64,000 nt of DNA, taken from NCBI GenBank assembly GCA_038496445.1, contig JALMLS010000309.1:186001-250000 (forward strand), written 5' to 3'. Made by a program: the position numbers and the translations under genes. Below are positions 1 to 12,293 of the stretch, in pieces (position 1 is the stretch's first letter; each line of letters begins with the position of its first letter). This stretch comes from Trichosphaerium sp. ATCC 40318. Taxonomy: Eukaryota; Protista; Tubulinea. Under the pieces are notes generated by a model that saw only the letters and a list, made by a program, of their open reading frames with translations, had not been told where the DNA came from and ran no database searches.

Positions 1-1433
1 TTTTTTTTTTCAACCAAAGTCCAACACATTTGCTACACACCATAGCTATTTGCGACTTTCCTGCTATTACCAATTCCTTTACTACGCCGGTTACTGTTTT
101 CACAGTAAGTTTGGTACCTTGCCAACGGTGTTAAAGCTAAACAAGTTTCTGTGTTTGCTGAACACCATTTGATCATTTAATATGTTATAAACGCCTGTTT
201 AAACGCGTATCAAAACCACAAATGTTCCTTGTAAGGTTTTTTAACTCAGTACTCTTACCAAAACTGTTTATACAGTTTCTTACTGTGTTTTTTACGTTGT
301 AGTGCAGTTTTAAAGGGTAGTAATGCATTGTAATGAAGAAAATGAGATTCTAAAAAATATTCAAAATTACGTGAAACAAACATCTTTGCGCCAACATGCA
401 ACAACCTTCTGAAAACTATATCAACTATTCTAACACTACATATATAGGATCCTGTAGTGTATGAACGTTAAAGGCTCTCTTTATACTACAAAACAAGCAT
501 AGTTGTTACCATACACCTTATTTACACGATTGACTTGTACATAGTCCGTATGCAGTATTTTTCCTTGTGCTATACACTTTGAGATAGAAATGGGCGATTT
601 ATCTAGCACAAAAATAATAAACCAGCGTATCTTTCCCTGACATTCAAAGCTCCCTCCAATTTCAATGTAGTGATGTTTACACAGTGCCTATAAGCACGTT
701 TAGCATATTTACGAGCGAATACAACTGTAAGCAAAGGGACTTATCTATTTCACAAAAAGAGCGTACGTTTTAACGCAACACAGCTTTCATAGGCAGCACA
801 TTTCTTATGCATAGCGGTTTACATATATTACAACCGTGTAGCATCGTTTGATGGTGAGAAAAACGCTTTTTTTTGACCGGTTTTTGACCTTCCGCCTGAT
901 CGTAGCTCTTTCCTTATTTGCTAAATCTAGGTTCCTGCAAATTAACTAAATCGTTCACATATTTGCTCCGTGATGTTTCGTGTAGACTATGTAAACCATT
1001 ATCGATGTCTATAGTCTATTGGGATGTTATTATCACGAAACTTGCTCACGAAGTAACTCGAAGTCTATTCACGATGTTTCACACGCCACGAGATACACTC
1101 ACTTACTAGAAACGCTCATCTGAGACATTGTAACACGTTCATGTAATAAACAGATTTAACTAATTACACAAGCGTTACAACATCTCTTACAGTGCACCAC
1201 TGTGTAGAGTACAAAAAACGTAGTTAGAGTTAAAAATAACTGGGTGCAAAGTAACGTGAAATTTGGTGTACTTTTCATTTAACCAAGTTCATCGAACCGT
1301 TCAGGATAATATCTCAAAAATATAAACCATTTCGCCACAGTCAACAACACAATAAACACAACCATATCATGTGTAATACAAGGTACGCATCTAATGACGC
1401 TGAGAATTTTCACTGTCAATAGATATTGATACG

Positions 1434-2972
1434 TTGTTTAGTTTAGAAGGCAGTTTGCTATGTCTACCAACAGAGATTCTAGTTCAGATTTTCGAGCTAG
1501 TTCCAAAATCATTAAAAGCACTAGTTAACACATGCTATGATTTCTATCTAATCATGCGTGATGTCACTGGGTACCCATTTATTGTAGTAAGATCTCTTCA
1601 TGCCGCGAAAACGATTGCCAAATACCCTGGGGTTCTCAAGCATTCAGCAATTTCTGTGGACAGAGCTGTTTACTCTCATATTGTTCCAGTGATTAAAGCT
1701 CTTGCTGGTGCCCGTCAACTCAATATTAGATATTCGGGTATCAAAGACAAGGATATATTACCTCTCACCAATATTCGCTCTATCAACCTCGAAGGCACCT
1801 CAGTATCGAACGCTTGTCTAAAACAATTTTCTGGTGTTCACACAATAAGTCTAAGCCTCACAAACAACATTAGAGGTGACGGCGTTAAAGTACTTGCTGG
1901 TGTTCATACTATTGATCTTGGCTATACCAAAGCGAATGATACTGGTATTCAAGCACTAGCAGGCGTTCACAAGATCGATTTAAGACACACGCGTACAGTG
2001 ACAAATGAAGGAATTAAGGCACTTGCTGGCGTTCATACGATAAATCTATCCCATACAAAAGTCAGAGATACTGGGCTCCAAGCTCTTGCTGGGGTTCATA
2101 CTATTAGCTTGGATTATTGCCAGCTTATAACAAATGAAGGTGTGAAATCTCTTGCTGGAGTTCACACAATTAACCTCGAAAATACAAACATTACTGACGC
2201 TGGTATTATTGAACTATCTGGCGTACATACAATTCATTTACAGGACACACAAGTAACAGATGACGGTATATTGGCATTGGGAGGTGTACATTCGATATAT
2301 TTACAAGGTACTAGCGTCACAGATACAGGAGTTAAGGCACTTGGTGGCGTTCATACTATCAACTTGGATAGGACAAGGATAACTGGGGAGTGTCTATCAG
2401 CTCTTGCTGGTGCTCACTCTGTTTCATTGCAACGCACTACTATCTCAGGAGAGCATCTCGAAAAACTTGCTGGGGTTCACACAATTGACTTAGCACGGGC
2501 CACAACATCAGTTAAAGGCATAGTAGCACTTGCAGGTGTACATACAATTCAGTTACAAAATTGTCCAGCCATGTGGGGTTACAAAGACACAGCTGACAAA
2601 ATTGTCAAAGCGCTTGCTGGTGTTCATACAATTGGCCTATACAGGACTGATGTATCTGATGAGGGTGTTAAAGCATTGAGTGGAGTACATGAGATAGACC
2701 TTGGTCATACAAGAGTTACAGACGAAGGGTTGAAAGCGCTAAAAGGCGTTCATACTATTTGCTTAGCTGGCACAAAGGTAACAGATAAGGGTATGCTAGC
2801 ACTTCAAGGTGTTCATACCATAAAGGTATGGGATACAAAGGTAACAAAAGAAGGTATAAGGCAGCTTTGCATGTCAGGTGTGAGTACTATGTATGTGAGT
2901 GCCGCACAAATAGCTGAGAGCGAACAGGCGCATCTACGCAAAAATTATGGAGTAGAGTTCGTATGTGTGTAG
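1434..2972 (+). CDS. F-box + leucine-rich repeat protein (about 18 repeats of 21-22 aa)
   Basis: N-terminal LLCLPTEILVQIFELV...LVNTC is F-box-like. It is followed by repeats LAGVHTIxLxxTxVTDEGVKA in one uninterrupted 1.5 kb ORF. True start unresolved (the ORF begins at TTG, so a small upstream exon is possible). Confidence 0.85.
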   Translation: MFSLEGSLLCLPTEILVQIFELVPKSLKALVNTCYDFYLIMRDVTGYPFIVVRSLHAAKTIAKYPGVLKHSAISVDRAVYSHIVPVIKALAGARQLNIRYSGIKDKDILPLTNIRSINLEGTSVSNACLKQFSGVHTISLSLTNNIRGDGVKVLAGVHTIDLGYTKANDTGIQALAGVHKIDLRHTRTVTNEGIKALAGVHTINLSHTKVRDTGLQALAGVHTISLDYCQLITNEGVKSLAGVHTINLENTNITDAGIIELSGVHTIHLQDTQVTDDGILALGGVHSIYLQGTSVTDTGVKALGGVHTINLDRTRITGECLSALAGAHSVSLQRTTISGEHLEKLAGVHTIDLARATTSVKGIVALAGVHTIQLQNCPAMWGYKDTADKIVKALAGVHTIGLYRTDVSDEGVKALSGVHEIDLGHTRVTDEGLKALKGVHTICLAGTKVTDKGMLALQGVHTIKVWDTKVTKEGIRQLCMSGVSTMYVSAAQIAESEQAHLRKNYGVEFVCV

Positions 2973-3086
2973 ACTGCGATATTTTATACAATGTAAAAAC
3001 ATCTGTTTCCTAACGTCACTTGGATTGTAAATACACGATACTGCAAGTTTTTTTCTTAAGTTCGATGGTCTTGTTTGTATTTTTTC

Positions 3087-4030
3087 TTAACCTTCTTTGG
3101 GAACAAAAGGCTGTAGGTGGCCTTGCTTAAAGATAATTAAGCATCCATCTTTAGTTGTACGTTTGCATTTGTTTCCTTCGTCAGAAGGTGGTAGACGTAA
3201 CCAAGAATGTTTAACGCAATCTTCGTCACCTGGTAGAAATAAGGATTCAAAAAAAAAACCAAAGCTTGCTGTTTTGATTTCGTACCGTTTTCACTCTTGA
3301 AACTACCCTCAACAACAAACAACTCTTCGCCACCCCATCCTACAACCCAGTCAATGCTAGAGCCAGGAGCCCATTTTTCCATCCACATGTGCTCTTTTGT
3401 TTTCTTATTCTGGAATAATTCCAAAATCTGTCTTCCTAATTTTCGCGTCACGTGATTACTCAAACCGATATTTTTATGTCTATATAAAGACGTACCATCT
3501 TTTAAAGTCTTCCAAAGCTTCTCATCCTTCCAATTAATGGCTACAGGGTCCTTATCGTCTTTATCAATTGCGAACATTGATTTTCCATAAATTGTAGTTC
3601 CAGTTTCAATACACGGCTTGTGCGAACTCCCAATGGGAAGTCTAACATATGAACCAGCCGAATAAGTTACTCCTTCGTCGTGTACTTCTCCATCTAGCAC
3701 AAAATACTCTTCACCACCTGAAAAATTATAAAGACAAACTCGCCAAGCTCAAAAGTACCTATGTGAGTGTGGTTTGGTATGTTTAAACCAGCGCTTAGTT
3801 CCATCAATGCTGTGTTTCTACCCGCTGAAAAATTTCAGTGTAAAAGCTGTTTCTAGGTGAGCACGTACGGTTTTTTCCGATATCAAAGTAACGTGCTTTG
3901 AAGCCTTTCATTGGTTCGACCGAAATAAGATCAGAGGCTTTTGCTGACGCTCTAGTCGAGTAAATAGAGTTTAGGGGTTGCATGGGTATGACGCGTGGTA
4001 GTTAGATGCTGGTACAGGTTTGTTTACCAT
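3087..4030 (-). CDS. ChrR-like double cupin protein (spliced)
   Basis: GGEEYFVLDGEVHDEG...GSYVRLPIGSSHKP and GGEELFVVEGSF. Removing the GT-AG intron at about 3231-3285 gives HSWLRLPP...GCLIIFKQGHL, the ChrR cupin C-terminal pattern. Confidence 0.8.
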
Positions 4031-4380
4031 TTTCGGTTTTTGTGACAATATGTGTGAATTGAGTATCGCTTTCCAAGGGTAGATTCAGCTACATAAAGCC
4101 ATTTACAAGTTGGGCGGTATCCTTTTTTGGATAGAGAACAGTTAAAGATTCCATATTTGCACTAGTGCTCTATAAGCCAACAAGCAAAAACGACACCATG
4201 TAACATTAATATGTGCTCTTACTTTCTTTTTGAAAAAGTTGGCTTCTTTTTCTATGTCTAGACTAAAGCGAAAGTAACAATCATGTATGTGCCGTAATGG
4301 TTTTATTGTTATTCTGGCTGCCCTCTATAAGATAAAACTGAGGTTTACAATTTATGTGATTGTTATTGTTTGTAAAAAGT

Positions 4381-6277
4381 CTATCCTACAATCGTTCCAG
4401 TTGGTGTTAATTCTTCTGACATTGTGTTGTCATAAGGAAACAAGTATTCGTGAATCGAAGAATTAAAGACCACAGCAATACCCACTATGATTAACAAGAA
4501 TAAAACAATAGCTGTCACTACAGATGCAACTATTGGTACTGTATTCTAACAAAAAGTGTTAGAACATAACAAGCAAACACAGAAAAACAACAACATTAAT
4601 CCTCCAAAGAGAGCCAAAAAAACCAAAGATGTTGCTTACCGTTTTTTCTTTACAGTTGAATTCTTGTAAAACAAGCAAGCTATTCTTAGTTACTTCAGCG
4701 ATAATGTTTACACATAAATCAGTGTTTACAATATTCACGTGATTATCTGTTACATTACATTGATCTCCTAACAACAACAAAGAAAGTTAGATGCTATGAT
4801 AGATAGTTAGTGTAACGTCTTCATACCAGCCCATTTAATTATTTCTACTTTTTTTGCAATAGATAGCAAAGACTCATTTAGAGATAGGATACCTCTCAAC
4901 GTAGGACATCCTGATACATGTAAAACACCGCCATTCCATAACAAAGTTCCATTCAGTATAAAATCTCCTACAAAGGAACATCAACGTAATGTTCAACACC
5001 GTATTGTTTAAAGGAATAATTGCTCGAACCAATAATAATTGTGCTCTTATTTAGTTCAAATAAATCAGTTGAATTCAGTAGCTCTTCAAATTCTTCGCCT
5101 GTAAGTTTAACTGTATCCTTGACACGTGATAATTTAGAATAAATACATTCTAGTTTTCAATCGTACCGTGTAAGTACCAATATCTAGCGGACCATAAGTG
5201 CCATTCATCCAAAGTGTAGCATTGGAAAAGTCCTTATCCATCCGCAGAATGCCACCTCTTCCTTCGTCATACACATAAAGATGAGAACTATTCATATTTG
5301 TAGATACATAGAGTGGCTTGATCACATCATCAACATGTCGTACTGTACGTTTATTTCTTGTATCGTGCATAAGAATATCTACTGTATCAATGAATTGAGT
5401 AGCATAAATGATACCATTCAATGAGTCATAGGCGATGTTCGTGCCACGAAATCCTAGTGAAAAGTGCTGTTAGTTCTTAGGAAAAAGCAACTTTTTGCGG
5501 CACCTCTTTCTATTGTTTCGAGTGCTCCTGAATAGACGTTTAACCTTTGAATGGCTGGTCCAGCTATATTAGGGCGTAGTATATACAACCAATCACCGAG
5601 TGTATCTGCAGCAATACCTACAACTTAGTAAACTTTTTTTTTTGCCTTTTACTTTTAAGAGAGGACAGATGTTGACGTACTGAAGATTCCTTCCATAGGA
5701 GATGACGTTAAACGCGTTGGATGCTTCTGGAAGCCATGGAAAAGAGATATATACCATATATCCTCATTATCGGAGAAATACAAGCGTCTTTTTGATTCAT
5801 CAAGTTCAAGGGCGCTGATTCTTGTCCACTTTTTACGCTCAACAGAGTATTCTGTATCATCGAAACCATCGTATTTAATACTACCATATACACAGTTATG
5901 TATTTTTAACAGGTGAGATAAGTAGTGGTTTTCGTACTGTACAATTTGGCCACCAGTAGAAGCTTCGTTCGTAGATAGATATATATTAAAAGTATCTTGA
6001 TCAATAGAAATGTCGTTCATCACGTGTGTAGGTTCAACTATCGCGTAAAAAACACGGGACATTGCGTCATCGATATCTTGATTGATATGTTTTACAGTAA
6101 CGTCACGTGATTGCGTCCCCGAAGCAAATACAAGAGAATCGCACTAAAATGTTTGTAAGGATACTAAACGATTGAGGATCTACTAGATACTTTTTTCCGC
6201 CTTTTTCTACGTACATGGGATGGTACTATCGAAATGGCGATAATACCGATAACGCTAAAAATATCTACAATACGCAT
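4381..6277 (-). CDS. Type I membrane protein with YWTD/NHL-like beta-propeller ectodomain (spliced)
   Basis: Signal peptide MRIVDIFSVIGIIAISIV; propeller-like blades (ALELDESKRRLYFSD, IAYDSLNGIIYAT, LYVYDEG...GPLDI); C-terminal TM segment IVASVVTAIVLFLLIIVGIAVVF; TAG at 4381-4383. Confidence 0.65.
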
Positions 6278-6526
6278 GAACTACAATGAGGAAACTAGCA
6301 AGCTCTCTCGTCGTAGTTAACAGACTTGTGAGTACAAACAAAAGCAAACATTTAGTCAACTATTTTCTATGCTACCATTCTTTTTATGTACCACAGTTGT
6401 CGTACCCCTTTTTTTTTTTTGAAAGACGTATAAGTGTCAGTGCTGATTAAATTGTTATTTCATATCTTCATTATTACCAAATAAATTTAATAATAAGGAG
6501 CGCATTGATAAGATTTTATATAAAAT

Positions 6527-7478
6527 TCACCAATTGAATACAAACTTCTTTGATGGTTTTGGTACATACGGCTCATCTTTATGCTCTTCCCAAGCTTCAC
6601 GCACGTCCTCAAAAGTATAATCCCAATCACCATGGTGACGCATGATGACTGAGGCAATTTCTGTGATGTGTTCAAAAGTGACTTGATCGACTACCTTGTC
6701 ATGATAAATCTCTATCACACTCTTCATTTTAGAGAAATCTAAAGACCACGATGATTTAGGACCATCTGAAGATATTTCAAACACAGTGTTATCGTCAACA
6801 TATACCCTTACACGCTTACTACGTTCCCATGGAGCAAAACAATCAATTGAGAGCTTGATTGGAGAAGTGCCTTGCTCAACTCTTCGTGGGAAAAACATAC
6901 ACTCTGCCTCGCAGGTAAAGTACACATCAGGTCCTCCACAGACCCCACCTGGCTCCGTTATGGTTTCTGAAGAATTTTTAGTATAGTATGCAAAGTTTCT
7001 GACATGTTTTGGTAGATTGTTGTGGCACTCAAGAAGCTCCGCTTCAAGTTTAAGTTTGGTTGCAGCTTCTTTTGTGTTGTTCAATGATAATGCCTTGTAA
7101 GCACGTGATAATCCTTGAAAATGATCGTAATCAAATTGAAGACGATTTTGTAGAAACTGACGAATATCAGAAGAGTCCAAAGGCGGTTTGTTTTGTTGTT
7201 TGTTCGCATCGTCATTTTCACTTTGTTTTTCGAATTTGGTGTTGTAGTAGTATCTGTGAGGTGAGTTTGCTTCTAACACTGCACAAAACGTTTTATTGAC
7301 GGTAATCTAAACAAGAGTTGTCAAATTAACTTGGCTATTTTTAAAAGTGACGCCAAACTGTGCGAATGTATTATTTGCGCGTAGTAAAAGCGATTTGATG
7401 ATGTTTTGAGGAGTTTGAGTTTAAAATACCGAAAAATGATTAAAACCTGGTTCTAGAGGCGGTCAATAGCGTACCCAT
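6527..7478 (-). CDS. Hypothetical protein of about 250 aa, copy A of an inverted pair
   Basis: ORF 6527-7279. A predicted 4-nt first exon ATGG|gtacg at 7478-7475 splices in frame to the tgcag acceptor, and the same arrangement is conserved in copy B. Confidence 0.75.
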
Positions 7479-7699
7479 GCGCACACTTGTTTGTATGTAC
7501 ATGTGTGAAAGGCTTTACAAACAATTTCGTGTACTGTGTCGTATTGAATAAATAAAGTCGAGTTTGGCGTGCTGTGTGGTGTATCCATTTGTTTTTTCAT
7601 GCTTTGGTTCATTTAACGTGTCTCAAATTGTGTTTTTTTTTTTGTTTTTGAGTCAACGTCATTTCTTGTAAACACATCAAATCATTCATTACTCTTTCA
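6540..7699. repeat. Left arm of a ~1.15 kb inverted segmental duplication (partner 14596-15770)
   Basis: The reverse complement matches 14596-15770 across CDS, intron and upstream region. The ORF track gives near-identical proteins on opposite strands. Confidence 0.95.
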
Positions 7700-8040
7700 C
7701 TAAGAGGTAGTTAATTGAAGTGGCCGATGGTTGGTTGAAGTGTTTTATCTTCTATTTTTATTGAATTTCGACTATTTTTGCTCCTATTTGTTTTCTTAGG
7801 ACGTTGCTGAAATGGTAAGTTTGGTTTATCCACTGGTAAGGTTTCACGCCCAATTGTACGATGACCTATTAAGTTTCGTCCGATTTAGCAACTATACCGC
7901 TAAAAGCATACTACAACGCCTTATTAGGCATTTATTAGGCCAGAAAACTCGTTATACGAGATTACTTTACATTCTTCGTTAAACACTACTGTTGGTGCTC
8001 CAATTGCGTTTTCAGTAGTCTAAACGCGTATTTCCAGTGT

Positions 8041-8274
8041 TTACACTCCTACTTTACGTATAGCATGGGCGAAAGTTGAATCGTTCTTTACAGCATACCC
8101 CTTGAGCGTTTGTTTATCATCCATTTGCATTCCAACAAAAATGAGCGTTTGTTTTTCTACTGGAATACCTTCCTTGTCTTCTAGCTTTTGTTTCACGTTT
8201 TCGATAGTATCAGATGGTTCTACTTCAAGGGTGTATATTTTGTTAGCTCGCACGTTATTGATAAACAGTTGCAT
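8041..8274 (-). CDS. Divergent ubiquitin-like protein (77 aa) without C-terminal diglycine
   Basis: MQLFINN...TLEVEPSDTIENVKQKLEDKEGIP..Q.LIF.G.Q.DD..TL..Y aligns to ubiquitin. It ends IRKVGV*. Confidence 0.85.
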   Translation of the reverse strand: MQLFINNVRANKIYTLEVEPSDTIENVKQKLEDKEGIPVEKQTLIFVGMQMDDKQTLKGYAVKNDSTFAHAIRKVGV

Positions 8275-8384
8275 TGATGTTGTGTTTTTATTGTGTTTGT
8301 TAACTGTTTTTTCTGTATTCTGTTCGTTGAAAGTCACTGGAAAAAACTGTTTCGCGTTCGGTATCATATCTGTTGATTTGGAGT

Positions 8385-8754
8385 ACACGAGATATCAGTC
8401 TATGAAAGTAAAATCTCTGAGAGCAATTATTACACGTGACAAATCACGTGAATTCTGATACTACTTCCAACACCTTCAATCAACTACATCAAATGCTATA
8501 AGTAAAAGTTGGAAAGGAGAAACAGACAGAACTCAGTGTATCAAGAGAGTTTGTAGCACTGAGTAGTATCCTAACAGCGCAACAAACACAAATCGATGAC
8601 AAAGAGAGTGTTGATAGCTTTCTCATTGTCTTGCAACATGAGATTGGGTTCGAATGGCTTGTAAACAATTACAACAGATCAATTACAGACATATACGATG
8701 ATTACTGCGCTAAACCGACACAGATGAAATCCTCATACCTTGAGACTGTACGCT
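8385..8754 (+). repeat. Near-identical direct repeat (partner ~12185-12555) covering the promoter and first exon of the Skp1-like paralogs
   Basis: Base-by-base match with only a few substitutions. Identity falls off at the first intron donor (gtacgct). Confidence 0.95.
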
Positions 8755-10024
8755 ACGTTTATCACTCTCGGGTACTTAAATGCTTTCTAGCTCTTCGACG
8801 CAGTAGCATGCTGTGACTACCTTGATGTTGACAAGAGTGTTACCAAGAAAGCCGCCAATATTCTACAAATTGAAAATGCAACAAAAGATCCAACAATTCT
8901 GGAGTTCAGCTATCCACTATCGTTTGAGTCAAAAGCCGTATTGAACGCGTTTAAAGGAGGTAATAGCATTTCACCAATTTATACTTACTTTCTTAGAGTT
9001 CTTCGTAGACCTCACTGATGATGCGGCTAGAGGGAAGGGAAACGATACTTTCGGTTCTTTTTCTTCAGGTTTCTATAGACCCAGCACCACCACCAGCGCT
9101 ACCTATTACATTTTTTGGCTTTCTAAGGGGAAGTATGGTATAACCTTGGAAGGTCTCAAGAGGATATTTGGTATTGACAAGAAAGTAGCATTTGAACTTG
9201 CAAAAGAATATTTGAGATTAATTTTCAAAACAAAGGAATTGGTTTCCAAAGTTGAACTTAAGGATTGTGATGCTTTGTTACCGTTATGGAAGCAAATAAC
9301 CTATGCGCAGTTAGTTGAGCTATCAACACAAGCTCCTGAAGATAAAGAGTATACAGCGATTGGTGCTGTCATCGCAAAAAACTTGAAGTACTTTTCTCTT
9401 TTTCAGTTTCTTTTGGATATTGTCGAAAGTGAGAACAAGACACATGCCATGAAAATCAAGGAAGATATTGTTTATGCTCTCGTACACCACTCTCATGAGT
9501 ATAACTCAAAGGACATAATGGATACCATTGCTTGTATTCCTCCATCCAGGAGATGGGCAATCATGAATCGTACTGCATTCAGTATGTCATCAGTTCCAAG
9601 AAGAACATACTTCTGGGAAGCAATCAAGTACACTTTTATCCTTTTGTTGTTTAGTTGTACTTACACATACAAAAGGTTAGCTATACTGACAGAGGAACAC
9701 GAGACTAGTCATCCCTTCATGTCTTCATTTGAGCGTGAGCTTTCAGACGACAATTGGAAAAATCCAGAGAAAAACTATTTATCAGGTAGAACGCTATCTG
9801 TATCGATGTACTCTGTCGTTCAGGTAAAGGGATGGCAAGCCAAGTGGTTTAAAAAGACACACGATAATGTTAGGATTGACTGGTACGAATACAAGCACTG
9901 CTGTCTACTAACCATCAATACAAAACAGGGAAAGCAAGAAGTAAATTACATGCTTAGCGGCCAGGGCAAACAGCTGTTTTCGAAACAAAACTGTCCTCTA
10001 CGTTTCTGTTTTAAAAGTGAATAA
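8493..10024 (+). pseudogene. Skp1/BTB-like N-terminal domain protein, copy 1 (TAA at codon 3)
   Basis: ATG CTA TAA at 8493-8501 versus ATG CTA AAA in copy 2. Spliced exon 2 reads LFDAVACCDYLDVD, similar to Skp1 LFELILAANYLDI. Downstream exons are open. Confidence 0.6.
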
Positions 10025-10281
10025 ATTCTCCATTTTTTCTTAATGTTGCAATAAGATAGGCTTATGACGGATGTAGCTTACACGGCGTGATTAGCTCAGC
10101 CTATTTAAAGTAGATTTTTGACCGATTTTAATAGTGTTTTGTTATGTTTTAGGTGCCTTATCGCTGATTTCATTAACTTCCTTGTACTACTTTGTTTAGA
10201 AACACTATTGTTGTTAAAGGACAAAACCAACCGCAATTACTTTATTTCTTGAACATGCTATTACCAGGTTACTCATACTTT

Positions 10282-11934
10282 TTAAAAAGGAACACGGTAG
10301 ATAGTCTCAGCAAATTGTTGAGCAGACATGTCGTCATCTCCTCTGTTGAATCCACCGACCACATACAATCTATTCTTTGCGTTCACTGCTGAAGTTCTAA
10401 ATAATTTTGGTGGTACACTGCCACTTGTAGTAACAAGAGAGAAAGTGCGCGAAGCAACATCCCATGACGCCAACTTAGCAGAAATTAATGATTAAAAACA
10501 CATACTATAGTAAACAGTAACGTACCTCATTCACAGGAACACCAAAACCTTGAGATCCAATAACCTCTCCTCCAAATATTTGAACCTTAGTACCAGCTCT
10601 ATTGGCAGCAGAACCAAAGAAAACCCTTTTAAAGAGTTAGAACAAACAAAACTACTTCAAATGGGTTGTTTACCTTGCAGGCAAGTTTCCAGTTGCTGGA
10701 TCGTAGACCTTTGTCCATGTCTTCGACGCAAGATCAAATTCCCTGAAAGGAAAGCGTAAGTAAAGGAAGGCAAGTAGTTAGACACGTGTACCAAACGTCT
10801 CCAATGAAAGTTATTTGAGGGATGAAAGCGACACCTCCATACATCCATAGAGTCTTTCCGTTGTTTATAGTTTCAAGTCCAGGTGTAAACCTGCCAAAAG
10901 GCTCTTCACGCTTTTCTTGTTCGCTCACCAATGGTGCTGTTTTTACCTTTGCGTTGTGACTTAGTAGTATTTTAGTGAGTGAACCAAATGCGTTTGTAGG
11001 TATGCTCATTGGAGACTTCGAAGGAGGGGACAACATTTGCCATGTTTCTGAATTTGCGTTGTATTCCCACAAATCATTGAGTTGCGTGAATTGTTCGTTT
11101 ATGCCTCCGAAGACATAGTATTTGTTGCCGAAAGAAGAAGAGCCCGATGCTAATCTAGCGCCTAAGCCTGCAGGTACAAGACTTGTACGATCCCTCCACT
11201 TTCCTACAAGTAAACAAGCAAGTTAGTTTTTGTTCGAGTTTAATGTGCACGTGCTTGTTTTTGTATTGAAAGTATAGAAACTATCAGGTGCGGGGAACAC
11301 GCGGGCTTGCGTATCATCAAACTCGCCTCCTCCAAAGACTAGAACAACATCTCTACCCTTCAACGTAACGACGCCACTATAAAACAAGGTTATAAACTAA
11401 ATTACGAAAAACCAGTTTAATTTAGGAAACAAAACGTTTAGTATCACGTGCGTCGAAGCAAAGGAGCGTTCTGAGGGTACAACGGCATGTTTCTTGACAG
11501 AAAACTACAAGTAAAAGTTGGTTCATGTGGGTTATAATAATGGCACAGAAAGCCGGTTTTGTACCCTTTTCCATATACATTTAAAAGGTTCTGGCCTACT
11601 TGGTACTACCAAACAACGCCACAGGTCGTTGAAGAAAATCCAGTTGGAGCTATTATCAGAAGGGACATCCAAGACGCCACCAAAGACGTAAAAACGATTA
11701 GGGGTGCCTAGTTTGATTGTAAATGTTTTATTTTGAACTCGTTTTAACTAGCGCACCTGGATATTTGTTTGCAGCAAGTTCTCCACTTCCCCTACGTACG
11801 TATTAGCAAACAGCACAATAATTACATCGTAAGAGATACCTTGGGAATGGGTCCGTTGGTTTTGGAGTCTCCCATACACTGCTTCCAATAGCAAGAACAA
11901 TAAGCAAAGATACGAGAAGGAAACGCTTCTCCAT
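10282..11934 (-). CDS. Secreted kelch-repeat protein (multi-exon)
   Basis: Signal peptide MEKRFLLVSLLIVLAIG; repeated FYVFGG, LVFGGG, YYVFGG, WMYGG, LYVVGG and DLW motifs. Includes two GC-AG introns. Confidence 0.85.
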
Positions 11935-12293
11935 TGTTTATTTTATTATATTATTTATGTGCACTACTATAGAGAATATGTGCATCAACACTAATCCCTT
12001 CCTGCTCTCAACATAAACGTTTGAGCTTTGCCATTCATCATTCTTAGTCAACTTGGTTGTTTGCTTTGTTTTACATGTAAAGCAACATTACCAGTCGGAT
12101 TTAAGTAACGTGATGCATGGTATAATTAATCGCTTGTTTTTGGAATAATAGAATTTTCAAAAAAACAGTGCTTGAAGCACGAGATCACTAGATATTCAGT
12201 CTATGAAAGTAAAATCTCTGAGAATAATTATTACACGTGATAAATCACGTGAATTCTGATACTACTTCCAACACCTTCAATCAACTGCATCAA

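Noticed and set aside
1-1300. Gene-free stretch and ORF 918-1109; likewise 13700-14590 and 25020-25780
   Set aside because: No recognisable protein motifs, RNA gene or convincing repeat by eye. A genome-wide repeat search would be needed.
3230-3290. Apparent frameshift at the poly-A run in the cupin gene, and at poly-A 63069
   Set aside because: Both runs lie inside ordinary GT-AG introns whose removal restores the frame.
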